Source of the DNA: an uncultured Verrucomicrobiae bacterium
GTDB lineage: Bacteria; Verrucomicrobiota; Verrucomicrobiia; Limisphaerales; Palsa-1400
Direction: 5' to 3'
NCBI GenBank assembly: GCA_963702845.1
Contig: OY969763.1
Location: forward strand, 864,001-928,000
DNA length: 64,000 nt
Shown: positions 48,401 to 60,200 of the stretch, one piece after another
Position numbering within the stretch: the first letter of the stretch is position 1
Layout: each line of letters opens with the position of its first letter
The notes under the pieces: generated by a model
What the model was told of the DNA's origin: nothing
Databases searched by the model: none
What the model saw: only the letters and a program-made list of their open reading frames with translations
Position numbers and translations under genes: made by a program

Positions 48401-49359
48401 CAGGTTTCCTCCACCTCGGGCCGGGTCAGCCGCATGTAGACGTCCTCGAGCGAATGTCGCTTCTGCGTCAGTTCCCGGACTTTCCATCCGCGTTGTTTTG
48501 CCAGATCAAAAATCATCGGACGCAAGTCGGTTCCATTTCGCGCGGTGATGGAGCAGCGGAAATAATCACCATCGGCGGTACAAACATCCCAGTCCTGAAC
48601 GTCTGCGATTTGCTCCCACACCTCGCGCAATTCCATTTCGGGCGCAGCGATCTCTGCAATGATCTGCCCCGCTTTGTTCATTCCTTTTCGTAAATTCTCC
48701 AGCGTATCGGATGCGCGAATCTTGCCGCCGGCCAGAATCAAAACGCGGCTGCAGGTCATTTCTACTTCCGACAAAAGATGCGTTGAAATAAGTAGCGTGT
48801 GCTGTTTGCCTAGTTCTTTGATCAACTGACGCAGCGCGCGAATCTGGCTCGGGTCCAGGCCCAGTGTGGGCTCATCCAAAATGATCAACTCCGGTTCGTG
48901 GACGATCGCATCAGCGATGCCGACCCGCTGGCGATATCCTTTCGAAAGCTGGCCAATGATCCGCTTCTGCACGTCGACCAACCCGCATTGTTCCATCACG
49001 CGATCGACGCGCTCGCGCGATTTACTTGTGCTCAGCCCCTTGATGCGCGAACGGAATTTCAAATACTCACGCACGCGCATGTCCTCGTGCAGCGGGTTAT
49101 TTTCCGGCATGTAACCGATACGCCGGCGCACTTCACGCGATTGAGTGAAGACATCAAAGCCCCCGATACGCGCCGCGCCGGAAGTTGCCGGCATGAAGCA
49201 CGTCAGAATGCGCATGGTGGTTGTTTTGCCGGCGCCATTCGGCCCGAGAAGGCCGACCACTTCGCCTCGTGCAACGGTAAAAGATAAATCCCCAATCGCC
49301 GCGGTGTTGCCATAGCGTTTGGTCAGGTTTGAAACCTCGATCATCTCTCCGTTTGTCAT
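48400..49359 (-). CDS. ABC transporter ATP-binding protein (GldA-like)
   Basis: Walker A GPNGAGKTT, signature LSKGYRQRVG, Walker B ILDEPT and H-loop STH. Confidence 0.93.
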   Translation of the reverse strand: MTNGEMIEVSNLTKRYGNTAAIGDLSFTVARGEVVGLLGPNGAGKTTTMRILTCFMPATSGAARIGGFDVFTQSREVRRRIGYMPENNPLHEDMRVREYLKFRSRIKGLSTSKSRERVDRVMEQCGLVDVQKRIIGQLSKGYRQRVGIADAIVHEPELIILDEPTLGLDPSQIRALRQLIKELGKQHTLLISTHLLSEVEMTCSRVLILAGGKIRASDTLENLRKGMNKAGQIIAEIAAPEMELREVWEQIADVQDWDVCTADGDYFRCSITARNGTDLRPMIFDLAKQRGWKVRELTQKRHSLEDVYMRLTRPEVEET

Positions 49360-49428
49360 TCTTTTCTCGTTACCGTCGGCGTGTTGGGTGTGGAAAGCGT
49401 CAGGTGCATTGCACGCGAACGCAAAAAC

Positions 49429-50838
49429 TCAGCGCAGCTTAAGCGTGGTCACTCCCTGGCGATAGCCTAAAATATTGTTTCCTCGAATTTGCGGCACCAA
49501 AACGAGTAATTGGACTTCCTCGCCACTGGTTCGCAATGCAATTAATTCGAAGATGCGGAACAAACTGTTTACCGGCTGGCCATCCACTTGAACAATAATC
49601 TGAGATGCGCGCAGCCCGGCTTTGTCGGCAGGACCTCCTTTTTCAACGCGAGCGACCGCCAGGCCGGTCTCTTGTGTGATCCTGAGCGTTTGTGAGGAAA
49701 AACTCTGCGCCAGTTCCGGGGTCAGTTCCTGAACGTCCAATCCGAGCTTTTGCCGGAGCAAGTCGCCGAAACGAACTAGTTGTACATTCAGGTTTTGCGA
49801 TTGGCCACCGCGATCGATGGTAATCGAGAAATCGGACTTAATTGAATCGCGCATCGCCTTGCTGAATTCCATGAAGTTCTGAGGCTTTTTACCGTCGACG
49901 GTCAGAATAATATCGCCCCGCTGCAAACCGGCTTTTTCGGCAGGGCTGCTTTTATCGATGCTCACGACGACTAACCGTGTGCCGCTGCCGCTGATGTGAG
50001 CGCCGAACCAGCGCGGATTAACAGCAACGGTTTCCGGTGTGAAAAGTTCGGTCAAAGCCGATCGGACTTCTTTAATCGGGATGGCAAATCCAATTGGACT
50101 GCCTTGAGCCTGCTGGAAAATCGCGACGTTGAGGCCGATCAATTCGCCGCGAACATTGATCAGTGGCCCACCGCTGTTTCCCGGGTTGATGGAAGCGTCG
50201 GTTTGCAGCCAGTTCGCGATCCCAAGCGGCTCGCCTTCTTTGCTGATGCCGCGTTGTTTTGAGCTGAGAATCCCCTGGCTGACCGAACCTTCCAGGCCAA
50301 ATGGGTTGCCCAGCGCAATAACACTCTCGCCCAGATATTCATCGTCATTTTTGGCCATCTTGACGGCCTTGAACTTCTCACCCTTTTTCTTCGGAATAAT
50401 TTTCAGTAGCGCTACATCCTTTTCTTCCCGTGCGAAAAACACCGGCTGAACGTCGTAAACTTCACCTCCGGCTTCTTGTGAGAGCTTTACCTGAATGCGG
50501 CTGGCGCGGCGCACGACGTGCAGATTGGTCAAAAGATACCCATCCTCATCAATGATTACTCCCGACCCGAGCGCTTGTTGCGCTTCGCGTCGAGGCGGGC
50601 CATAGAAACTGAAAAATCCAGAATTGTAACGGTCCGAGACCTCCACATAGGTTTCGGTTCTTATATTAACGACGCAGGGCAATACCTGCTCCACGGCACT
50701 TACTGTGGGATTTCGCCGAATGTCGATTTCATTGGCCGCTGAAGTGTCCCCGGAAACCGCCCATAAATTTAAAACGCAGCTGCCCAGAAATAATCCGGTT
50801 ACGATGGAGACAGCCTTTGTTAGCGAACGAGTGCGCAT
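49429..50838 (-). CDS. HtrA/DegP-family serine protease with two PDZ domains
   Basis: GSGVII, LTNLHVV, DVALLK and QTDASINPGNSGGPL; two PA.KAGL PDZ motifs; signal peptide. Confidence 0.92.
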   Translation of the reverse strand: MRTRSLTKAVSIVTGLFLGSCVLNLWAVSGDTSAANEIDIRRNPTVSAVEQVLPCVVNIRTETYVEVSDRYNSGFFSFYGPPRREAQQALGSGVIIDEDGYLLTNLHVVRRASRIQVKLSQEAGGEVYDVQPVFFAREEKDVALLKIIPKKKGEKFKAVKMAKNDDEYLGESVIALGNPFGLEGSVSQGILSSKQRGISKEGEPLGIANWLQTDASINPGNSGGPLINVRGELIGLNVAIFQQAQGSPIGFAIPIKEVRSALTELFTPETVAVNPRWFGAHISGSGTRLVVVSIDKSSPAEKAGLQRGDIILTVDGKKPQNFMEFSKAMRDSIKSDFSITIDRGGQSQNLNVQLVRFGDLLRQKLGLDVQELTPELAQSFSSQTLRITQETGLAVARVEKGGPADKAGLRASQIIVQVDGQPVNSLFRIFELIALRTSGEEVQLLVLVPQIRGNNILGYRQGVTTLKLR

Positions 50839-50909
50839 CCTCTAACACGACACCACAACTGCGGTCGCCGTTCAATGTTGATTCAAAGCTGCTTTCGCAC
50901 CGGAATGGC

Positions 50910-50924
50910 TGGCATGGAACTTGC
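50910..50924 (+). promoter_or_regulatory. Candidate sigma-54 (-24/-12) promoter for the giant adhesin
   Basis: TGGCAT-GGAAC-TTGC with exact GG-N10-GC spacing, in the divergent intergenic region. Confidence 0.55.
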
Positions 50925-51266
50925 GGTAGAGCGTCAACCTGTGGACACGTCCTTAAATAGCATTAGTGTGTTTTGTTGTTGCCAGACTAAAGCAAAACCC
51001 TATAGTCGCGCCAGTTTGGTAAACAAACGTCTGAACACTAGGAGGGTTCATTTGAGCGATTTGTTGGCTGGATCGACCATGCCAACCGTATTTCCTTTTC
51101 TCACGTTAACCTCAGCAACGCGCGCGTTTGTCTCATCCCACGAACCGCATAACCATCTACTGCCGTGCCGACATCTGCGCGTTTCGGGCCAACTCAACGA
51201 ACAGCACACCGGTCCCGGAGTAGTCAACCTCTTTGGTGATTCCCGTGCTCCTGCAACTTTCCCCAA

Positions 51267-54200
51267 ATGAAAAACCACTCAAGAGGTACGCTAAGTCGTT
51301 GTCTGCGATTGTTTGCAGCGGCTGCATTTTGTTCCCTAACCTTCGTCACGGCTCGCGCTGTTAACCTCGTGCAGGAGTTTTACCTGCCAATGCCGGAACA
51401 GCAGATTTACACCGCGCTGAACACCGTGCAGCCAGGCGGGACCAGCACGACTCAAAGTTCTACCTATTCGATCGTCGTCACCGGTGACGGAACAGTCATA
51501 GTTTACGATCAATGGGAAGACGGCTATGAAACGGACCTGCGTAATCCGACACAATCTTCCACGCAAATCTGGGGTGACGGCAACGACGCCAACGGTATCG
51601 TCCCGGGCTTCGCGCACGATCCTGTCGGTATTCCAGCCGGCACCGTGATTACATTGACGAACAACGTCACCATTCCGCGCAACCCCTCTGTGCTTCTCTA
51701 CGATGGCCGTGACCGCATCGGCGGATCGAAGGCACTCGTCGTCACTCACGCCGGTTGGCCGGCGACCCAAGGGCCGGTTTTCGCCGGATCGGTCAGTGTT
51801 TTATCAACTATTGATTACGGAACAAACTATATCAGCCCGGTGGGTCAGGATTTGACGAACAAACTTTTCCAATACGTTGGAATGTTTGTGATGGCTTCCG
51901 AAAATGGCACCTCTGTGACAATTGACCCTGATGGTCCAGGCCCCAATGCTCCAACAACAATTGTTCTCAACCAGGGCGAGTCATACCTGGTTAACGGTGG
52001 TATCAAGACTGGCGCCAGCGTTACTGCGACAAAACCAATTCAGGCTGATCTGGTGATTGGGCACATCAGTGCGTCCTACGCCGCCGATTGGTTCACTCTC
52101 ACTCCTGTGGAGCAATGGAGCGCCTCTTACTATACACCAGTCGGTTCAGCTGTTAACGGCAGTCAGCCGACCTACGTTTACTTATACAATCCCAATTCCA
52201 CGAATATCACTGTGAACTGCACTTCGTTGAACGGCGCCGCGAATGTTATTATCGCATCAAATGGCGTTGTTCAATTTCAGATGCCGCAAAAATCCGGCGC
52301 AAGTTTTACCTCCTCAGGGGTCGCGCCGTTTTATGCTCTTAGCACGGTGGCGGCGAACGATAACAACGACACTGCTTTTAACTGGGGCTTCAGCCTTTTG
52401 CCAAAAGAAGGGTTAACGACCGAAGCTGATGTCGGCTGGGCACCTGGCAGCAGCACGGGTGCGGTTGATGGCAGTCCAGTTTGGGTAACCGCATTAGTGG
52501 CAACAAAGATCTACGTCGATTACAAAGGGGATCACCTTGGGGCATTGACTGATCCAAAGGGCAACAAGTACGACGCGGATTTCACCGTAGCGCCGTTGCA
52601 ATCGCTCAAAATTTATGACCCGAGCAAAAGTCAGACGGCCATGCGCGTTTACACGTTGGACGGAACATTGATCACGGCTGCGTGGGGTGAAGATCCTGAT
52701 GTCGCGGCACCCGGCAATCCATATATCGACGCCGGTACAGTTGTGCTGCCGTTTCCGACGCCCATCCTGAAGAAATCTTCACGCCTTATCGTCGATACCG
52801 GCGCTCCTGGAGTCAGCGTCGGTGACACGCTGGAGTACACCCTCAAGGTCGACAATAGAGGTTTGTTGCCGTTGGGAAACGTGGTTCTTATCGACCTTCC
52901 TCCCACGAATCTTTCTTATATTAGCAACTCAACAACAGTGAACGGAGCCGCTATTCCGGACAGTGCATCCGGCACAGCATTTCCTCTGGACGCCCCGGGC
53001 TACTCCATTCCGGTTATTTTGCGCAGCGGTACCAGTATTGTTAAATATCAAGTGACTGTTGTCGCAGGCGGCCTCATCACTAATGTCGCGAACATCGCGG
53101 ATACATCCGTTTCGGCGCAAAACTCGATCAGCACTTTTACGAATTCGAGCACGGTCGTCTTTACTGACTCCGGTGGTGTGGCGGTCGGCTCATATTCCGC
53201 AGGCAGTAATATCTTTGTGAAGTTGACCGATACCGGTGGCAACGTTAACCCCAATGGCATCGACACGCTGACAGTAATCGTCACAGATACGACGCACGGC
53301 GACTACGAAACGCTGACTTTGACTGAAACGGCTATCAACAGCGGCGTATTTTTCAATTCCACCGGCATTCCGACATCAACATCCACCGGCGCGTCAGCAT
53401 TGGATGGCGCGCTGAACATTTCGCCTAATGACAGTTTGGTGGTTAGTTTTACCGACCCGATATACCTCAATAGCGTTAGCAATACCGCGTTTATTTCCGG
53501 CATCCCAGCCAACAAGGTTTTGTATTTGAGCGTCAATGGTTCGACGAACGGCACGCAAGCTTTGAACCGCGTCGATCCGGTTGCCAACAATCATACGCCG
53601 ACACGGACGAGTGCGGACATTGGGACCGGCGGCATCGCATCGCTGGTCTTTGACGCAACAAACGCGGTGGTTTCGGGCGGTGCTTTCAACAAAATCACGA
53701 ACTCGTTGACCGTCGGTAATGGCAATGCCCGTCTCATGATTGTTAGCATTTCTGCGCTCAACGGCGTCTTTGCGACGAATGTCACCACGACCGGTGGCAG
53801 CACTGTGACCCTGAAGCCAGCGGGAGCGGTCACGAACGCCAGCGGCGGCAGTCCGTATATTTCGTTCTGGTATGCGACCAACCCTCCAACTGGTGCAAAC
53901 AACGTTGTCGTGCAATTCAACGGTAATGTCAGTTCAGGCAGTGCTGTCGTAGGTGTGGCGACGTTCGCGAATGTAAATCTTGCAAACCCGTTGGGCACCT
54001 TTGTCGGGTCTACGAGCAAAGGCAATAGCCCAACCATCACTATTGCGGGTATCGCAACCAACGGCTGGGTGTTCGAGTCGGGTTTTAATGACGCCGGCAG
54101 CCCTCATACGATGACGAACAATAACCCCGTCGGTCTCTGGGCGGACAGCAGCAGTAGCCAATGTTATGGGTCCGCCTACAACCTAAATAGCGGACATGTG

Positions 54201-57200
54201 ACATCAATCACGGATGCATGGACGACACAAGCGAGTCCGCAGGTCGCGCTTGCGGGTATTCCAATCAATCCAAGCACAAACGCGCTCGGCGGCCCTGGTT
54301 CTACGGCCACCAGCTTTACGCAAGTTCCTACGTTCGCGTCCACGTTTATCGTCCAATCTAACAAAACGATCACGATCACGAACTACGTCACGCTGACGAA
54401 TGGCGCGCTGGCTGCGAATCCGGCGGTCACGGCGACACTGAGCTATGGTGGGACAGCATTCCTGACGTTGTCATCCGCGGCTTACTCGAGTGTTGATGGC
54501 AGCCTGGTTTTTAGCGGAATTCTTCCGGGCGATGTCACTATTCCCGCAGGCGCGGCTATCACCTACACGATTTCCAACAACGTCCCGGGCACCGCGTTTC
54601 ACGTTAATTACGATAGCACGACCAATCCTTCAAAGATCATCCTGCCGGCCGGGAACATCATTCACGTTAATAGCGTCGGTGTTTACGACGCGCCCTATCC
54701 GGGCGGCAATCTGGTCAGTGCGCCCACGGCCGGTTCGACGGTTTACGTTCGCGCAAATGTTTCCGATCCGTTCGGTAACTATGACATTACCAAAGTGAAT
54801 TTCGCCATCACCGCTCCGAGTGGCGGCGCGAATTTAAATGCGAATGTGGTGACACCGGTGGCGACCAACGCAACGTCGGCTACGTTTGAATTTGCATGGC
54901 ACACGGGATCGCCGGTGGGTAGTTACAATATTGCAGCGATAGCAAGTGAAGGTACAGAAGGCATTACTGACGTTGCGGCGACGACTGTTTCGGTGATGTT
55001 CCAGGATTTGGGCACACCGAGCACTTCTGAACTGACCAGCGGCATCAATGGAACCTCAACGAATACTTTCAACGCCAATGCGTCCGTTTGCATGCGCGTG
55101 ACTGACCCCGACAAGAACTTCGATAGCACGACCGCTGAGACCATCACCGCCACCATCACCAGCAGTTCGGGCGATTCTGAACTCGTGACAATGCTCGAGA
55201 CCGGCACCAACACCGGTGTCTTTACTGCCTGCATTAGCACAAGCACCACCAGCGGTGGCGCTACGAATGACAATACCTTGCTCGCGCCAGTGGGTTCACA
55301 GGTTACGCTGAGTTATACTGACGCCGCGGACCCGACGGATCACTCCAGCGCAACGGCCACCATCTTGCCGCCGCCAGGTGTTAGTGGAATTGCCGTGAAT
55401 AAGACACTTGTCTCCCCAGCGAGCGCCAAAGCGCTGGTTGGCGACACCATCCAATTCAAACTGCAGGTGATTAACACCGGAAGCACCACTTTGCCGAACG
55501 TTGCGTTGATCGATACCTTCGTCTCGGCGAATTTGACATTCCAGAGCGCGAGCGTCGCTCCGGACATTACGACTTCGAGTTCGTTGCAATGGACAAATCT
55601 TGGCACGCTGACACCTGGCCAAAGCACAAACATTAATGTGTTCTTCACGGCGAAGGCCGCTGCGAACGCGACGAACTTTGCCGGCACAAGCTCTGGCGCC
55701 ACTACCAACAGTGGCAGCGCCTCCGTCACCATCACTCAACCGGCTTTGACAATCACCAAGACGCTGCTCAGTCCAACGAACACGCCTGTCAGCATTGGCA
55801 GCAACGTGGTCTTCCGCATCATCGCCAAGAACACTGGCACAACCACGATTCCGACGTTGCCGATGGAAGACACTTTTAGTGCGGCATATTTGCAATTTGT
55901 ATCCGCACAGATTCCGCCTGATGGTAGTGGCGCTGGTAGTTTGCTCTGGACGAATCTGGCGAACCCGACACCTCTGCTAGTGAACGCGAGTATTACGAAC
56001 GATATTACCATGCTCGTTGTGGGCGCCGGCAACCCCGCGCTGAACACAGCGACGGTTGACTTCGGCGTCGACGGCAACGGCAAACCGGTGCCGCCAACCA
56101 CCAGCACAGTGACAAACCTCATTACCGCTGCAGCGTCGATTAACGGTCACGTGTATAACGACGTTGATCAGAGCGGATCCCTGACTACCAACGACACCGC
56201 GTTGGGCAATGTTACGCTCCAGCTCTATTCGGATCCAAATGGCGACGGCGATCCGGCCGACGGAACGCTCCAACAAATCACGACGACTGACGGAAACGGT
56301 TTCTATGAATTCCTCAACTTACCGCTCGGCCATTATGCTGTGGTCGAAACTGATTTGCCTGGATTCAGCAGCAGTGCCCCGGCGAACAATCGCATTGCGC
56401 TGAATCTGACAAACTTTACCGCCAGCTCGAGCAATAACTTCTTCGATTACCAGCCGAATCCGGTGTCTTACGGCACGGTCAACGGTGCGGTGTATTACGA
56501 CCATAATGGAAACGGCACCAATGACGTCGGCGAAGTCGGCCTGTTCAACGTCAACATCGATTTGGTGCAGGACGTGAATAGCAACGGCGTGGTCGATCTC
56601 GGAGAACCGATCGTGGCGAGCACGACTACGGGCACGAACGGCAATTATACATTTGCGGGAGTCACGCCAGGCCGATACGTCGTTCATCAGACCGATCAGT
56701 TCGGTTACTACACCAGCGGAGATTCGCAACCGCCGAATGACAATCAGATCGCAATCAATGCGACCGCTGGCCTGATGACTACCAATAACAGTTTCTACGA
56801 TCGCCTTTCGCCCACCGGAACAGACGACACTGCGTCCGGCCCGAGAAATTCCGGCATAGTCATCAGCCCATTGGGCAATGACATCAGCCCCAACGGTGAC
56901 ACGCTAACTGTCTGCGGAGCGTCCAGCACCAATGGAACCGTCGTTATCAATTCCGGAGCAATAAGTCTGACCTTCACTCCGACAAATCTTGGAACGGTCA
57001 CCGTCCTCTACACGCTTTGCGACGGTCATGGTGGAACTTCTACTGCGACGATTACCGTTACGGCTACCAATTCCGCGCCGACGGCAGTCAACGACAGCTA
57101 CAGCGTCAATCAAGACGCGACTCTTAACGTTCCGGCTCTCGGCGTGTTGTCGAACGACACCGATCCTAATAGTGATACACTCACGGCGATACTCGTGAGC

Positions 57201-60200
57201 ACCACGATTCACGGTTCCCTCACGCTTAATTCAGACGGAAGCTTCACATACATTCCCAATGCCGGGTACGTCGGTTCCGACAATTTCACTTATCGGGCAA
57301 GCGATGGCGCCACCAACAGCGGTGTCGCCCTTGTTACGATCGCGGTCAACCACGTTAATCACGCGCCGGTCGCAAACAATGACAGCTATTCATTGAATGA
57401 AGATACGATATTGACCAACGCCGCCCCGGGTGTGCTGACCAACGATACCGATTCGGATGGCGACCCCTTGAGCGTCGTTCTCGTCAACGCCACAACCAAC
57501 GGCAACCTTGTCCTGAGTGCCGACGGCAGTTTCACTTATACACCGAACACGAACTACAACGGCACCGACTCGTTCACTTACAAAGTAAGCGATGGCGCGC
57601 TGTTCAGCGGTAATGCCACAGTCACGCTCACGATTACCGCGGTGAATGATGCCCCCTCCGCCATCGATGACAGCTACAATGTCAACGAAGACACAGCGCT
57701 GAACATTGGTGCGCCTGGTGTGCTGGCAAATGATACCGATACCGAAAACAATTCGTTGACCGCAATTCTGGTTACGGGCCCAACGCACGGGTCGTTCACA
57801 CTCAACCCGGACGGCAGCTTTAACTACACACCCGCTGCGAATTACAACGGCCCCGATAGCTTCACCTACAAGGCAAACGATGGAACCGCTGACGGCAATA
57901 CAGCAACCGTGAACATCACTGTCAATCCAGTGAATGATCCGCCAGTCGGCAATGATGACAACTACAACGTCAACGAAGACAGCAGTCTGAACCTCTCGGC
58001 CCCCGGCGTTCTCGGGAACGACACGGACGTCGACGGAAATACACTCAATGCAGTGCTTGTTGCTGGACCTGCGCACGGAACGTTAACCCTCAATCCGGAC
58101 GGCGGCTTCAACTACACGCCAGACGCCAACTACAACGGATCCGACGCGTTTACCTACAAACCAAACGATGGGACCGCTGACGGTAACATCGCGACAGTGA
58201 ACCTTACCATCAATCCCGTGAATGACGCTCCAGTCGCCGTTGGCGACACTTTCAGCGTCAATGAAGACGCGCCGCTCGTTGTGTCAGCGCCAGGCGTACT
58301 GGGCAACGACACCGATATCGATGGCGATCCACTGACGGCAGTCCTCGTTTCGGGGCCGGCTCATGGCCTGCTCACGCTCAATCCCGATGGCAGCTTCTCA
58401 TACACGCCCGCTGCGAATTACAACGGATCTGACAGCTTCACCTACAAACCAAACGACGGCGCTCTGGACGGCAACATCGCGACCGTCAACATCACCGTCA
58501 ACCCGGTGAACGACGCTCCTGTCGCGTTTAACGACAGCTACAATATCAATGAAGACACGACGCTCAACATTTCTGCTCCGGGCGTACTGGGCAACGACAC
58601 CGATATCGATGGTGATACAATCGTCGCTGTCCTTGTCAGCGGTCCTGCACATGGCGCATTGACTCTCAATCCCAACGGCAGCTTCAGTTACACGCCTGCC
58701 GCGAACTATAACGGCTCCGACAGCTTTACCTACAAACCGAACGACGGAACGACCGACGGCAACATCGCGACCGTCAATATCACGGTTAATCCAGTGAACG
58801 ACGCTCCTGTTGCTACGGATGACTCTTATACAACTGCGGAAGATACAGTGTTGAACGTTGTTGTCCCCGGCGTCCTCTCGAACGACACCGATGTCGATAA
58901 CGACAGTCTGACCGCGGTGCTGGTGTCTGGCCCGACCCACGGAACCTTGACGTTGAACCCAGACGGCAGTTTCAACTATACCCCGGCGACGAATTACAAC
59001 GGTGCCGACAGCTTCACTTACAAGCCGAATGACGGAACCACCGACGGCAATACCGCCACAGTGAACATTACCGTTAGCGCGATCAACGATCCGCCGGTTG
59101 CGGTCAATGACAACTATAACGTTTCCGAGGACGGGTCGCTGACGATCTCGGCCCCAGGCGTTCTCTCCAACGATACCGATGTGGACAGCACCAACCTCAC
59201 TGCTACTCTCGTTTCGGGGCCGTCCCATGGAACATTGAATTTGAATCTGGATGGCAGCTTCACTTACACGCCTACGCCGCTCTATAGTGGCTCTGACAGT
59301 TTCGTTTATCAGGCGAACGATGATCAAACTAACAGCTCCACCGCGACTGTGACTATCAATGTGGGAGCGATCAATCACCCACCTTCAGCCAATGACGACA
59401 GCTACAGCGTCAACGAAGACACGACCTTGAATATCTCCGCTGCGGGAGTGCTCGGTAATGACGCAGATCTGGATGGCGACACAATGACCGCCATTCTCGT
59501 TGCGGGCCCGAGCCACGGAACCTTAACGCTGAACCTGAATGGCAGCTTCAGCTATACGCCAGACGCCAACTACAACGGCGCGGATAGCTTCACTTACAAA
59601 CCAAATGACGGAACTGCCGACGGCAACACCGCGACCGTCAACATTACTATCATTCCAGTAAACGACGCACCAGTCGCCGTTGACGACATCTACAGCATCA
59701 ACGAAGACACCACCTTAACCGTTCCAGCACCTGGCGTGCTTGGTAACGACAGCGATGTGGATGGCGACACAATCACACCTTCAGTGGTGAGCGGCCCGTC
59801 ACACGGCTCCCTCACGTTGAACGCGGACGGCAGCTTTAGCTACACGCCAGCACTCAATTACAATGGGCCGGACAGCTTCACTTACAAAGTAAACGACGGT
59901 ACCGTGGACGGTAATATTGCCAATGTAAGCATCACGGTAAACGCAGTGAACGACGCCCCTGTGGCAGTCAATGATAGCTACAGTGTGAACGAAGACACGA
60001 CTTTGAACATCTCCGCTCCGGGAGTGCTTGCCAACGACACAGACGTGGACGGCGACATCTTGAGCGCCATCATCGTTTCAAACCCGACAAACGGCGCGCT
60101 GACACTCAACGCAAATGGCAGTTTCAATTATATCCCGGCAACCAATTACAACGGCCCCGATAGCTTCACTTACAAAGTGAACGACGGCACCATTGATGGC

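Noticed and set aside
50875..51270. 131-aa ORF upstream of the adhesin
   Set aside because: No recognisable features, and it spans the candidate sigma-54 promoter. More likely an untranslated leader.
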